Positions 46,772 to 56,951 of a stretch of DNA of 64,000 nucleotides are shown here, piece after piece; the stretch's first letter is position 1, and each line of letters starts with the position of its first letter. Source of the stretch: Candidatus Woesebacteria bacterium GW2011_GWB1_39_12 (GTDB lineage: Bacteria; Patescibacteriota; Microgenomatia; UBA8517). Position numbers and translations under genes: made by a program. Below the pieces are notes generated by a model, which ran no database searches, was not told the DNA's origin, and saw nothing but the letters and a program-made list of their open reading frames with translations. Where the stretch lies: assembly GCA_000993405.1 (NCBI GenBank), contig LBWB01000004.1, positions 4,861 through 68,860 on the forward strand, given 5' to 3'.

Positions 46772-47653
46772 ATGGATTGGATGAAATACAAAAAAATTTA
46801 CTTTGCCTTTTCTGGACTATTGAGCGCCATAGGCCTCTTTAGTCTCATTAAGTGGGGACTTATTCTTGGCGTTGATTTTAAAGGTGGGACAATCGCTGAA
46901 TATGCCTTTGAGGAATCCATTTCCACTGAAGAGATGACGGCTAAACTCGAAGATGTTGGAATTGATGTTGCCTCGGTCCAGTCGACGGGAGAGATGCAAT
47001 ATATTATCAGGATGGCTCCAATTGATGAAGGGGGGAAGGAAAAATTAAAAACCGTTCTCGAGGAAATGACAAAAGGAGTTGGAGGAGAAGAACTTAGGTT
47101 TGAGACCGTTGGGCCGTCAATTGGACCAGAGTTGGTCAAGAAAACCTTTTATGCAATATTTATTGCTTCTTTCGGGATTCTTCTTTGGGTCGCATACCAA
47201 TTCAGAAGTTTGAAATTTGGAACTTCCGCGATTTTGGCAATGTTTCATGACACCTTTAATTTAGTTGGATTATTCGCGCTGTTTGGTTATTTATTTAATG
47301 CCGAAACCGATTTTCTTTTTGTAACAGCTGTTCTCACAACTTTATCTTTTTCTGTTCACGACACAATTGTTGTTTACGACAGGATTCGTGAGTCTCAAAA
47401 AAGATATGGGGGTACGTTATATGATCTTGCAAACAAAGCTATAACAGAAACGATGGTTCGTTCTCTTAATAATTCATTTACAATAATTTTCATGCTTGTT
47501 GCGCTTGTACTTTTGGGCGGCTCAACAATCAAATGGTTTGCAGTTGCACTTTTCGTAGGAACGATTTTGGGAACATATTCTTCACCTTTTGTGGCAGTTC
47601 CTCTTCTTGTTACTTTGGATGAAGTTTCAAAGAAATTACATCTAAAAAAGTAA
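46772..47653 (+). CDS. secF: Protein translocase subunit SecF
   Basis: LGVDFKGG, VGPSIG, SVHDTIVVYDRIRE, GTYSS. Confidence 0.95.
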   Translation: MDWMKYKKIYFAFSGLLSAIGLFSLIKWGLILGVDFKGGTIAEYAFEESISTEEMTAKLEDVGIDVASVQSTGEMQYIIRMAPIDEGGKEKLKTVLEEMTKGVGGEELRFETVGPSIGPELVKKTFYAIFIASFGILLWVAYQFRSLKFGTSAILAMFHDTFNLVGLFALFGYLFNAETDFLFVTAVLTTLSFSVHDTIVVYDRIRESQKRYGGTLYDLANKAITETMVRSLNNSFTIIFMLVALVLLGGSTIKWFAVALFVGTILGTYSSPFVAVPLLVTLDEVSKKLHLKK

Positions 47654-47660
47654 TTTAAAA

Positions 47661-48449
47661 ATGCTTAGAGGAAAGCACCTTCTTATTGGTTCGCTTCTAC
47701 TTAATTTAATTTTCATTTTTATTCTTACTTATAAAGCTCAAAAGCCTACTCTTAAAGAGCTTTCGGATGAGAACGAGATATCTGAGCTTATAAAAGATGA
47801 AAATAATAATGCTCAAGTTATCGGAGCCGAAGAAGAAATCGATTTGCAAAAAGTAATAAAAGTGATCGACGGGGATACGATTGTTTTGGAAAATAGTGAA
47901 ACAGTCCGATATATCGGAATCGATACTCCTGAAGTTTCTCAGGGAAGAGAATGCTTTTCAAAAGAATCGACAGAGAAAAATATAGAGCTAGTGTTAGGTA
48001 AAGAAATTCGATTGAAAAAAGATGTTTCAGAGAGAGATAGATATGGAAGGTTATTACGTTATGTTTATGTCGGAGACACTTTTATTAATGAAACATTAGT
48101 TAGAGATGGATTTGCATTCTCCTACACATATCCACCGGACGTAAAGTACTCGGAACTATTTAAAGAAGCCGAAAAAGATGCAAGAGAAAATAAACGTGGA
48201 TTATGGGGAAAATGTAACGAAAGTTTAAGAATAAGTCCAAGTTTAAGAGAAGAAAAAACTGATGGTTCTGCCAATTCAAGTCAGAACTTAAACTTAGACT
48301 TAAACTGTTCTTCTAATTCATATAATTGTACTGATTTTAAAACTCAAGCCGAAGCGCAGTCAGTTTTTGAATCCTGCGGGGGAACTTCCAATGATATTCA
48401 TAAATTGGATCGAGATGGAGACGGACGCGTTTGTGAAACACTCCCTTAA
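47661..48449 (+). CDS. Thermonuclease (SNase) with a C-terminal excalibur-like Ca-binding domain
   Basis: VIDGDT, RYIGIDTPE, DRYGRLLRY; NCTDF...LDRDGDGRVCE. Confidence 0.9.
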   Translation: MLRGKHLLIGSLLLNLIFIFILTYKAQKPTLKELSDENEISELIKDENNNAQVIGAEEEIDLQKVIKVIDGDTIVLENSETVRYIGIDTPEVSQGRECFSKESTEKNIELVLGKEIRLKKDVSERDRYGRLLRYVYVGDTFINETLVRDGFAFSYTYPPDVKYSELFKEAEKDARENKRGLWGKCNESLRISPSLREEKTDGSANSSQNLNLDLNCSSNSYNCTDFKTQAEAQSVFESCGGTSNDIHKLDRDGDGRVCETLP

Positions 48450-48760
48450 GTAAAAGCAAGTTGGATGAAGCCAAGTATAATTCCCATTAAAGAGAAAGCT
48501 ATCGCCGCAAGTAAAATAATTATTACAGCCGATATTTTTCTGTTATAAGGGTGAAGAATTTTAAGAGATAAAAACGGGATCATAACGATGAGAGAATAAA
48601 AAATTATTTTAAAAAATTGTGTAAAGTAGGTAGCTATCAATGCAGGGTTTTTGTAGGGATTAAAATTATGAGTGTATTGGTTTAAAATCTGGGTTAAATT
48701 CGAATCAAAAATTTTATAACTCTGAATTAATTTTCCGACAATTTTATTTAATGAAGTCAT
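48446..48760 (-). CDS. Hypothetical membrane protein
   Basis: Two TMs; translationally coupled to the cca gene. Confidence 0.5.
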   Translation of the reverse strand: MTSLNKIVGKLIQSYKIFDSNLTQILNQYTHNFNPYKNPALIATYFTQFFKIIFYSLIVMIPFLSLKILHPYNRKISAVIIILLAAIAFSLMGIILGFIQLAFT

Positions 48761-50148
48761 TTCAATTCGTTTAGTCTTTTGAGTAAATCCGATCTTTCAT
48801 TATCCATTTTCTTCTCAACGACTTCATCGAAAAGTTTTTGAAGGATTTCCCCAACTTTGGGTCCAGGTGGAATTCCCATAATTTCCATTACGTCATTACC
48901 CTTTATTTTCAAGTCATGGACGGTAAATGGTTGTTTTTGTACTTCGATGAGGCGTTTTTTAAATTCTTCAAGACGCCATGAAGTTTCTCTTGCGCCGCCT
49001 CCGAGTCTGTCTCCGGTTCTTAAATCCAATATATCAGCAAGATTTTCAAGTCCAACTCTCCTGATAAATCTTCTTAAAGCCGAATCTGTCTGATGTTCGT
49101 CCACACTGAACTGATGCCAGCGAACGAGTCGGTAAAACTTATCCTTCTCTTTATTAGAAAACCTGAGTCTATCGGCAATCCTTTTAGCAATTATGGCCCC
49201 CAAGATTTCGTGATTGTAAAAAGTGATTGTGCCAGTTTCTAATTTTTTGAAAGTAATAGGTTTGGCGATGTCATGAATTAAAGTTGCCAGTCGTACAATC
49301 GGATTCTTGTTTTTTTCTGCGACGTACTTTAGAGAAAGCATGCTGTGGGTTCCAACATCATAAATATGGTGTCTTCCCGGAGATTTTTGTTCAACTCCGA
49401 AAGTTTTCTCCATTTCAGGTAAAATTTCCTGCATCAAAAGTGAATTTTTGAAAAGCAGCATTCCATCATATGGATTAGGGGAAGCAAGTATTTTCAAGAG
49501 CTCGTCTTTAACCCTCTCTTTACTAATTTTATTGATTAAAGTAGCATTTACATTAATTGCTTCAAACGTTTTTTCTTCGATTGTAAAACCTAATTCCGCC
49601 GCGATTCGAATGGCGCGCATCATTCTTAGTGCGTCTTCGGAAAAACGCTCATTGGGATCTCCTACAGCACGGATGAGCCTCTTTTTTATATCGGATTGGC
49701 CATTGAATAGATCAATAATTTTAGCTTCAACTGTTATTAAAGTGTGATCGGTGGTCGGTGATCGGTGATCAGTAATATCCAATGCAAGCGCATTGATTGT
49801 GAAATCGCGTCTTTTCAAATCCTCCTCCAATGTTTTTCCCCATTCGACTTTGTCCGGCCGTCTCGCGTCCGAATAGCCGTGTTCGGTTCTGAAAGTGGTT
49901 ATTTCATACGGCCTTTCACCTTCAATATCGGAAGAGATCCCAATTGTTCCGAAAACATTGTCGTAAAAAGCATCGGGAAAAATTTTGAGCATTTTATCCG
50001 GAGTAGCATTTGTTGTGAAGTCCCAATCGTAAACAGACTTTCCCATCAGAATGTCACGTACTGCTCCGCCGACGATATAAATTTCGTAGTTTGCCTTCTC
50101 GAACTTGTCTAATATTTTCGCAACCTGCGTGGGTATTTCCAGTTTCAT
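48757..50148 (-). CDS. cca: CCA tRNA nucleotidyltransferase with HD domain
   Basis: VGGAVRD, DWDFTT, RRDFTINA, EDALRMMRA, HDIAK. Confidence 0.88.
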   Translation of the reverse strand: MKLEIPTQVAKILDKFEKANYEIYIVGGAVRDILMGKSVYDWDFTTNATPDKMLKIFPDAFYDNVFGTIGISSDIEGERPYEITTFRTEHGYSDARRPDKVEWGKTLEEDLKRRDFTINALALDITDHRSPTTDHTLITVEAKIIDLFNGQSDIKKRLIRAVGDPNERFSEDALRMMRAIRIAAELGFTIEEKTFEAINVNATLINKISKERVKDELLKILASPNPYDGMLLFKNSLLMQEILPEMEKTFGVEQKSPGRHHIYDVGTHSMLSLKYVAEKNKNPIVRLATLIHDIAKPITFKKLETGTITFYNHEILGAIIAKRIADRLRFSNKEKDKFYRLVRWHQFSVDEHQTDSALRRFIRRVGLENLADILDLRTGDRLGGGARETSWRLEEFKKRLIEVQKQPFTVHDLKIKGNDVMEIMGIPPGPKVGEILQKLFDEVVEKKMDNERSDLLKRLNELK

Positions 50149-50238
50149 ATTATTTATTATATTCTATGCGATACGAATACACGAATCGAGTCAGACTCGA
50201 CGAATGCATGCGAATGACGCGAATGGTAATATAGGAAC

Positions 50239-51951
50239 ATGAATGACAAAAATTTAAAGTGGGAAATAGTTGGAAAACTAAAAAACTTAAGAATTAAAGA
50301 ACTTAAGAATAAAGATGTGGTTGATATTTTATTGGAAAACAGGGGATTAAAGACTGAAATACAAAAAAGGAAGTTTTTCAATCCAACACCACCAGAAAAG
50401 ATAGCAGTTAAAAGTTTAAGTATAAGTGAAAAAGAATTGTCAAAAGCAATAAAAAGGATTAAGGAAGCCATTAAAAAGGACGAGGAAATAATAATTTATG
50501 GCGATTATGATGCTGATGGGATTTGTGCAACAGCGATTTTATGGGAATGTTTGTATTCACTCACCAAGACTGTTTATCCATATATTCCAAGCAGATTCGA
50601 TGAGGGGTATGGGATTAACGCTGAAAGCGTTGAAAAACTCAAAAACTCCAAACATCCAAATCTCCAATTAATAATTACTGTCGATAATGGGATTGTCGCG
50701 TCAAACGCGATTGATATTGCAAACAAACTTGGTATTGATGTGATTGTTACCGACCACCATCAACCCGGAAAGAAACTTCCGAAAGCATTCTCCATTATTC
50801 ATACGGATAAGATTAGTGGCTCAGGTATTGCTTGGATTTTGGCAAGAGAAGTTTTAGCCAAGCTACCAGCTACAAGCTACCAGCTACAAAGTTCTTTAGA
50901 ACTTGCTGTCATTGGAACAATTGCGGATCAACTACCTTTGCTTGGTCCAAACCGTTCTTTTGCAAAATACGGTCTGGAGGCATTAAATTTTACACAAAGA
51001 CCGGGATTACTGGCCTTATTCGAGGAGGCTGGTTTAGTTGATAGTCAAACCCGCCTCCGCAAAAAGGCTACGGCGAGGCAAGTGGGAACTTATGAAGTAA
51101 ATTTTGTTATTGCACCACGCATTAATGCAATGGGGAGAATGGAACATGCAATTGATTCATTGCGGCTTTTATGTACAAAAAACGCTTTAAAGGCAAAGGA
51201 ACTTGCCGAGTTTCTTGGAAGAACAAATAGAGAAAGACAAAGAGTAGTTGAGGAGGTAGTTTTGCACGCCATGCGCCTTGCTCAGGGTAAACTCGCTAGG
51301 GGGACGATAGTAATAGCTGGCGATTATCATGAGGGAGTTATTGGGCTGGCTGCTTCAAAGTTAGTTGAAGAATTTTACAGGCCGGCGATAGTTTTATCAA
51401 AAGGCCAGAAGATCTCAAAAGCGTCGGCCCGTTCTATTTCTGGATTTAATATTATCGAATCGATAAGAAAACTTGATAACATTACTCTCGGCGGTGGAGG
51501 TCATCCCATGGCGGCCGGTTTTAGCATAGAAACAGATAAAATCGAAATATTTAGTCAAAAGTTTGAAGAAATAACGTCACCGTTATTAACGGACGAGATC
51601 TTAACCAGGAAGCTTAAGATTGATGCGGAAATTGATTTTGGCGTTTTGAGTTTGGAACTTGCCGATAAATTGAGCGAGTTTGAGCCAACTGGAATCGGGA
51701 ATTCGACACCCACTTTTGCTACTTATGGCGTAGGGATTATTGACGCACGGACCGTAGGTAATGATGGAAAACATTTGAAACTTACTCTTGAGAAGGGTGA
51801 TAAGAAGTTTGGTGCCATAGCTTTTGGGAAAGGGGAAATGTTTCCTAAGCTTTCATCCAATAAAAAGATTGATATTGCCTACAATATAACTGCTGACGCT
51901 TGGAATGGCAATAAAAGCTTACAATTAAAGGTGAAAGATATAAAAATGTGA
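50239..51951 (+). CDS. recJ: Single-stranded DNA exonuclease RecJ
   Basis: GDYDADG, TVDNG, TDHH, PRINAMGR, GGHPMAAG. Confidence 0.94.
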   Translation: MNDKNLKWEIVGKLKNLRIKELKNKDVVDILLENRGLKTEIQKRKFFNPTPPEKIAVKSLSISEKELSKAIKRIKEAIKKDEEIIIYGDYDADGICATAILWECLYSLTKTVYPYIPSRFDEGYGINAESVEKLKNSKHPNLQLIITVDNGIVASNAIDIANKLGIDVIVTDHHQPGKKLPKAFSIIHTDKISGSGIAWILAREVLAKLPATSYQLQSSLELAVIGTIADQLPLLGPNRSFAKYGLEALNFTQRPGLLALFEEAGLVDSQTRLRKKATARQVGTYEVNFVIAPRINAMGRMEHAIDSLRLLCTKNALKAKELAEFLGRTNRERQRVVEEVVLHAMRLAQGKLARGTIVIAGDYHEGVIGLAASKLVEEFYRPAIVLSKGQKISKASARSISGFNIIESIRKLDNITLGGGGHPMAAGFSIETDKIEIFSQKFEEITSPLLTDEILTRKLKIDAEIDFGVLSLELADKLSEFEPTGIGNSTPTFATYGVGIIDARTVGNDGKHLKLTLEKGDKKFGAIAFGKGEMFPKLSSNKKIDIAYNITADAWNGNKSLQLKVKDIKM

Positions 51952-51968
51952 TCTAAGAAATCTGTGAT

Positions 51969-53459
51969 ATGGAAGAAGAATATAAAAAACTAGTTACAAA
52001 AATAAAACATTATAACCCCAATCCCAATCTTGAATTGGTTTCAAAGGCATGGGAATTTGCGAAATTGGCCCATTACGGCCAGGAAAGGTTGTCGGGTGAT
52101 CCCACAATTTCTCATCCATTGGCAGTTACCCACATTCTGGCGGACTGGAAACTTGACTCTATATCTATAGCTTCAGGACTTTTGCACGATACAATTGAGG
52201 ACTGTGGCATTAAAAAAGAAGAGCTTGTCGACGAATTCGGTGAGGACGTGGCTAACCTTGTCGACGGTGTTACCGACATTAGTAAGTTAAAGCTTCGAGG
52301 AAGCAAAGACGAGGAATTTGTTGATAACTTGAGAAAGATGCTTCTGGTTATGGCAAAGGACTTGAGGGTCGTATTTGTGAGGCTTGCCGATAGACTTCAC
52401 AACATGCGTACACTGGAATTTTTGTCGGAAGAAAAGCAAAAAAGAATTGCAAGAGAAACTTTGGAAGTATTTGCTCCGTTAGCAGAAAGACTTGGAATTG
52501 GGGAGGTAAAAAGTGAGCTGGAAGATCTGGCCTTCCCGTATGTTTATCCCGATGAATATAAAAAGGTTAGTGAGTTATCTAAACCTCAATATAAAAAGGC
52601 AGAAGATCATATTAAAAAGATGAAAAGGGTTTTACATAAAAAATTGGGTATTCAGGGTATACGGGCAAAAATTCACTCCAGAAAAAAACATCTTTATTCG
52701 CTTTGGAGAAAATTAGAACGTTCGGAGATAAACTGGGATTTTGAAAAAATACAGGATATTGTTGCATTAAGGATCTTGGTAGAAACTGTTGAAAATTGTT
52801 ATACAGCGCTTGGAATTGTACATAATACTTATAAACCCGTACCCCAGATAGCAATTTCTGATTTTATTTCCCAACCTAAACCCAATGGATACCGTTCCAT
52901 TCACACAAAAGTCTTCGGACCGGGAGATAGGATAGTTGAGGTTCAAATAGCGACTTTTGAAATGTATGAGGAAAATGAATACGGTCTTGCATCACACTGG
53001 TATTATTCATTGATGAAAAGCGGAAAAGCCAGCGATAAAGTTGTAGAACGGGGATTTTTTGCACCTACTGAAAAAATAAATTGGGTAAAACAGCTTGTTG
53101 ATTGGCAGAAAAAAGAGGCGGACAGCGATGAATTTATAAGAGCGGTAAAATTTGATGCACTGGCAGAGAGAATCTTTGTTTTTTCACCTAAGGGCGACGT
53201 TTTTGATCTGCCTATTAATGCAAGCCCCGTTGACTATGCTTTTGCCGTGCATACAGACTTAGGAGCATACATAAAAGCAGCCAAAGTCAACGGGAAAATG
53301 ATTCCGCTTTCGTATAAATTAAAAAGTAGCGACGTTGTCGAGATTATCAAATCCAAAGAAAAAAGAAAACCAAGCCATGACTGGCTGGAGTTTGTTGTTA
53401 CAACCGAAGCCCGTCGCGAAATCGAGAAACATTTGAGAAAGGAAGGCTTAAAGAGTTAA
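51969..53459 (+). CDS. RelA/SpoT family (p)ppGpp synthetase/hydrolase (HD-SYNTH-TGS)
   Basis: LLHDTIED, ADRLHNMRTL, PKPNGYRSIHT, VFSPKG, DYAFAVHT. Confidence 0.92.
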   Translation: MEEEYKKLVTKIKHYNPNPNLELVSKAWEFAKLAHYGQERLSGDPTISHPLAVTHILADWKLDSISIASGLLHDTIEDCGIKKEELVDEFGEDVANLVDGVTDISKLKLRGSKDEEFVDNLRKMLLVMAKDLRVVFVRLADRLHNMRTLEFLSEEKQKRIARETLEVFAPLAERLGIGEVKSELEDLAFPYVYPDEYKKVSELSKPQYKKAEDHIKKMKRVLHKKLGIQGIRAKIHSRKKHLYSLWRKLERSEINWDFEKIQDIVALRILVETVENCYTALGIVHNTYKPVPQIAISDFISQPKPNGYRSIHTKVFGPGDRIVEVQIATFEMYEENEYGLASHWYYSLMKSGKASDKVVERGFFAPTEKINWVKQLVDWQKKEADSDEFIRAVKFDALAERIFVFSPKGDVFDLPINASPVDYAFAVHTDLGAYIKAAKVNGKMIPLSYKLKSSDVVEIIKSKEKRKPSHDWLEFVVTTEARREIEKHLRKEGLKS

Positions 53460-53468
53460 AATACGAAG

Positions 53469-54860
53469 ATGGAGAGAACGTTAGTTGTTGAAACATTAAA
53501 AAAAGTTGGTGAAGAAGTGAAACTTCAAGGTTGGATTGATTCAATTCGGGATCACGGAAAGATTACCTTCATTGATTTAAGGGATAGAAGCGGGAAGTTG
53601 CAATGTGTGGGCAACAATTTGCCAAAGGTTACGGTTGAGAGCGTTATCGAAGTTATCGGGAAAGTTACAGACCGTCCCGAAAAACTCATAAACCAGAATT
53701 TAGATACGGGTAAAGTTGAAGTCCAGATAGAAGAACTTTCATTGGTTTCTTCCGCAAGCGAAATTCCGATTCCATTAGATACAGACGGTTATGATATCGA
53801 GGAAGAGGTAAGAATGAAATATCGGTATTTGGATTTAAGAAGAAGGAGAATGGCACGCAATTTAAGAATTCGTTCAAAAGTTGCAAACTTCATGCGCAGA
53901 TGGCTTTTAGAGCGTGATTTTGTGGAAATCGAAACACCCATTTTGACAAAGACGACTCCCGAAGGAGCAAGAGACTTTTTGGTTCCTTCCAGGCTTCAGC
54001 GCGGAAAGTTTTACGCTCTCCCTCAAAGCCCGCAACAGTACAAACAGCTTTTGATGGTCGCCGGTTTTGAAAGGTATTTTCAGCTTGCAAGATGTTTCAG
54101 GGACGAAGATCCTCGACGCGACAGAGCATATGGTGAGTTTACGCAACTTGATATTGAAATGTCCTTTATAACTCAGGAAGACATACTTAATCTTACTGAA
54201 GCGCTATTTACGGAGCTTGTAAAAGAAGTGTTTCCGGAAAAGAAAATAACCAAATCTCCATGGCCAAGAATTTCCCATAAAGACGCCATTTCTAAATATA
54301 AAAGCGACAAGCCTGATTTAAGGAAGAATAAAAATGATCCTGATGAGTTGGCTTTTGCCTGGATAATTGATTTTCCGCTATTTTCAGAGCAATCCAAAGA
54401 AGATTTTTATTACGGTTCAGGTTCTTCCAAATTTGCACCATCACACCATATGTTTACTGCTCCACATCCTGAAGATATTTCTCTTCTTGAAACGGATCCG
54501 ACTAAAGTTCGCGGACTTCAGCATGATATGGTACTTAATGGTTATGAGGTTGGAGGTGGAAGTATCAGGATTCATCAGCCGGAAATACAGGCAAAGATTT
54601 TTGACCTTATCGGATTTTCGGAAAAGCAGAAAAAAGAATTTGAACATATGTTGACAGCATTTAAATATGGAGTTCCGCCTCATGGAGGAATAGCCCCCGG
54701 AGTTGATAGATTCACTTACGTTACGCTTGGAGAACCGAGTATTCGGGAAGTTATGGCGTTTCCGACCTCGGCGTCAGGCCAGACAGCTGTAATGGATGCA
54801 CCAAGCGAAGCTTCTCAGGGACAGCTTGAAGAGTTGGGAATTAAAATAGGAAAAAAATAA
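53469..54860 (+). CDS. aspS: Aspartate--tRNA ligase (compact, no GAD insert)
   Basis: RYLDLR, TPEGARDF, LPQSPQ, CFRDED, GGGSIRIH, PPHGG. Confidence 0.95.
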   Translation: MERTLVVETLKKVGEEVKLQGWIDSIRDHGKITFIDLRDRSGKLQCVGNNLPKVTVESVIEVIGKVTDRPEKLINQNLDTGKVEVQIEELSLVSSASEIPIPLDTDGYDIEEEVRMKYRYLDLRRRRMARNLRIRSKVANFMRRWLLERDFVEIETPILTKTTPEGARDFLVPSRLQRGKFYALPQSPQQYKQLLMVAGFERYFQLARCFRDEDPRRDRAYGEFTQLDIEMSFITQEDILNLTEALFTELVKEVFPEKKITKSPWPRISHKDAISKYKSDKPDLRKNKNDPDELAFAWIIDFPLFSEQSKEDFYYGSGSSKFAPSHHMFTAPHPEDISLLETDPTKVRGLQHDMVLNGYEVGGGSIRIHQPEIQAKIFDLIGFSEKQKKEFEHMLTAFKYGVPPHGGIAPGVDRFTYVTLGEPSIREVMAFPTSASGQTAVMDAPSEASQGQLEELGIKIGKK

Positions 54861-54873
54861 CCCCTATTTTTAT

Positions 54874-55803
54874 ATGAAACTTTTATATTTGGCAATTATT
54901 TCCTTTTTCTTTATTGCAACTTCGACGCTTGCCATCAATTCCTTTAATGTTAAACCCCAAGAGCCTAGTAGCCCAAACCCGACTCGATTGATAAATGATG
55001 AAATAAGTTTAGTACCCCTGCCCGTTTTAACAAGGAGTGATTCATTACCTGTACTTTCCGCTTATTCCGTACTGGCGGTTGACGTGGATTCAGGAGTTTC
55101 CCTTTATGAAAAAAATCCCGACACGTCGCTTTTACCCGCTTCAACAACAAAAATAGTAACCTCTTTGGTTGCTATTGACTATTATCATCCTGATGAGGTT
55201 CTGACAGTCGGACCCGAAGTAAATGTGGAAGGACAAAAAATGAGATTGGTAATTGGAGAAAAAATAAAAGTAAATGATCTTTTATACGGACTTTTAGTTT
55301 ATAGCGCAAATGATGCTGCTGAAGTTTTGGCTAAGAATTATCCGGGCGGGAGAGGATCATTTGTAACTGCCATGAATTTAAAGGCGAGGGACTTGAACCT
55401 TCACAATTCAAACTTTACTAACCCAACCGGACTTGATGGAAGCAGCCATGTAAGCTCAGCCCGGGATTTGGTAAGAATTTCCGCCTTCGCCATGAGAAAT
55501 CCTTATTTTAGAAAGATTGTGGGGACTAAAGAAACCGTTGTAAAAAGTAGTGATGAGAAGTTTGTCCACAGACTTACGAATATTAATGAGCTTTTGGGAG
55601 AAGTTGAAGGAGTTTTGGGTGTCAAAACCGGCTGGACTGAAAACGCCCAGGAAAATTTGGTCACCTATGTTGAGAGAGGCGACAGAAAAGTTATGATTGC
55701 AGTTCTGGGAAGTAATGACAGATTTGGAGAAACTTCAAACTTAATTGAATGGATATTTGGAAACTACGAGTGGAGAAGTGTTCAAAAACCCTACTTTCCG
55801 TAG
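54874..55803 (+). CDS. D-alanyl-D-alanine carboxypeptidase (peptidase S11)
   Basis: PASTTK (SxxK), SAN, KTG motifs. Confidence 0.92.
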   Translation: MKLLYLAIISFFFIATSTLAINSFNVKPQEPSSPNPTRLINDEISLVPLPVLTRSDSLPVLSAYSVLAVDVDSGVSLYEKNPDTSLLPASTTKIVTSLVAIDYYHPDEVLTVGPEVNVEGQKMRLVIGEKIKVNDLLYGLLVYSANDAAEVLAKNYPGGRGSFVTAMNLKARDLNLHNSNFTNPTGLDGSSHVSSARDLVRISAFAMRNPYFRKIVGTKETVVKSSDEKFVHRLTNINELLGEVEGVLGVKTGWTENAQENLVTYVERGDRKVMIAVLGSNDRFGETSNLIEWIFGNYEWRSVQKPYFP

Positions 55804-56846
55804 AACTCGTCTGTCACTGCCGGCACATAGGCAAAAAAATTGTTATCTCCTTCAAAAACTACCACAGGTTGGTAATATTCCTGATATTGTCCTGCGTCAT
55901 AGTAGGCAAGATAAACTTTGCGGATGGTTGCGCTGTCTTTATTATCACCCAAGTTTGCAATAAAACCTTTTCCATTTTTTAGTTCTTCGAAAGCTTGATC
56001 AGACTTTTTAAGTGGATATGTGGAAAATTTAGTTGCGTCAAGTGGAAAGTAGTGGTATTCGCCAATAATTATTTGTCCTCCGCGTCCTCCCGAAATAATA
56101 AACCAGACGTTTGCTTCGGGCATATCGGGGGTAACGCTTTGGATACTATCATTTATTCCATACCCCTTTCTAAAAAGATTGATTTTAATGAGATTTGATT
56201 CGGACAAAGATGATACCGAATTAAAGTTTGTTGCCTCGTATCTTAAAAACTGGTGAGTAAAAGGACTTTCTTTCAAATCCTCGGCCAAAAGTTTTGCGTT
56301 TCGTAATAAATCCCGTGCAGTTTGAGTACCCTCCTCGGGTGCAGGAGGAACTCCCTGGAGAATAAGCGGATCTTCTTCGATATTGTAACTCATAGAGAAG
56401 ATTCCGGTGATGATATTAAGAGTAAGTTTTGAAGGTAAAGATCCTTTTTCAAAAATGTAGACGTTGGGAATACTTTCGACGACTCTTTTTCCTTCCGTTT
56501 TAAAACCCAAAGAATTAGCTTTCTCATTGGCATCCTCAAGTGCTTTTATATTAGTTACAAATGGAGGCATGGTATAGATTTCCGTAAGCTCAGCAATCTC
56601 CGGCAGTTTTCCTTCAGGGAGTTCCAAAGCGTAATTAATCGTTGGATTAGGCTTTTGCGGAAAAGGCAATTTGGGAAGTTTGCCAAAGGCGGTGGTCGGC
56701 TTGGGTTTTGGAGGTGGGACAAGTCTTCTATAAACGGTAGCTCCAATATTAAAAACAAATCTTCCGATAACAATAAGAATTATTATATAAATTCCGTAGC
56801 GGATTACTCTTCTTGAGGTGATTGATATTTGGGTTAAGGAAGCCAT
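55791..56846 (-). CDS. Hypothetical membrane-anchored protein
   Basis: N-terminal TM; C-terminal YLAYY...QPV.VFEG...YVPAV. Confidence 0.7.
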   Translation of the reverse strand: MASLTQISITSRRVIRYGIYIIILIVIGRFVFNIGATVYRRLVPPPKPKPTTAFGKLPKLPFPQKPNPTINYALELPEGKLPEIAELTEIYTMPPFVTNIKALEDANEKANSLGFKTEGKRVVESIPNVYIFEKGSLPSKLTLNIITGIFSMSYNIEEDPLILQGVPPAPEEGTQTARDLLRNAKLLAEDLKESPFTHQFLRYEATNFNSVSSLSESNLIKINLFRKGYGINDSIQSVTPDMPEANVWFIISGGRGGQIIIGEYHYFPLDATKFSTYPLKKSDQAFEELKNGKGFIANLGDNKDSATIRKVYLAYYDAGQYQEYYQPVVVFEGDNNFFAYVPAVTDEFYGK

Positions 56847-56951
56847 ATAGTCGCTTACGCTCCAATTTCTAATTTCAAATTTCTAATTTCCAATGAGATT
56901 CATTCTTGCTCCTTTGAGTATACAATCCTAGAGTGCTAAAATTCAATCAGG

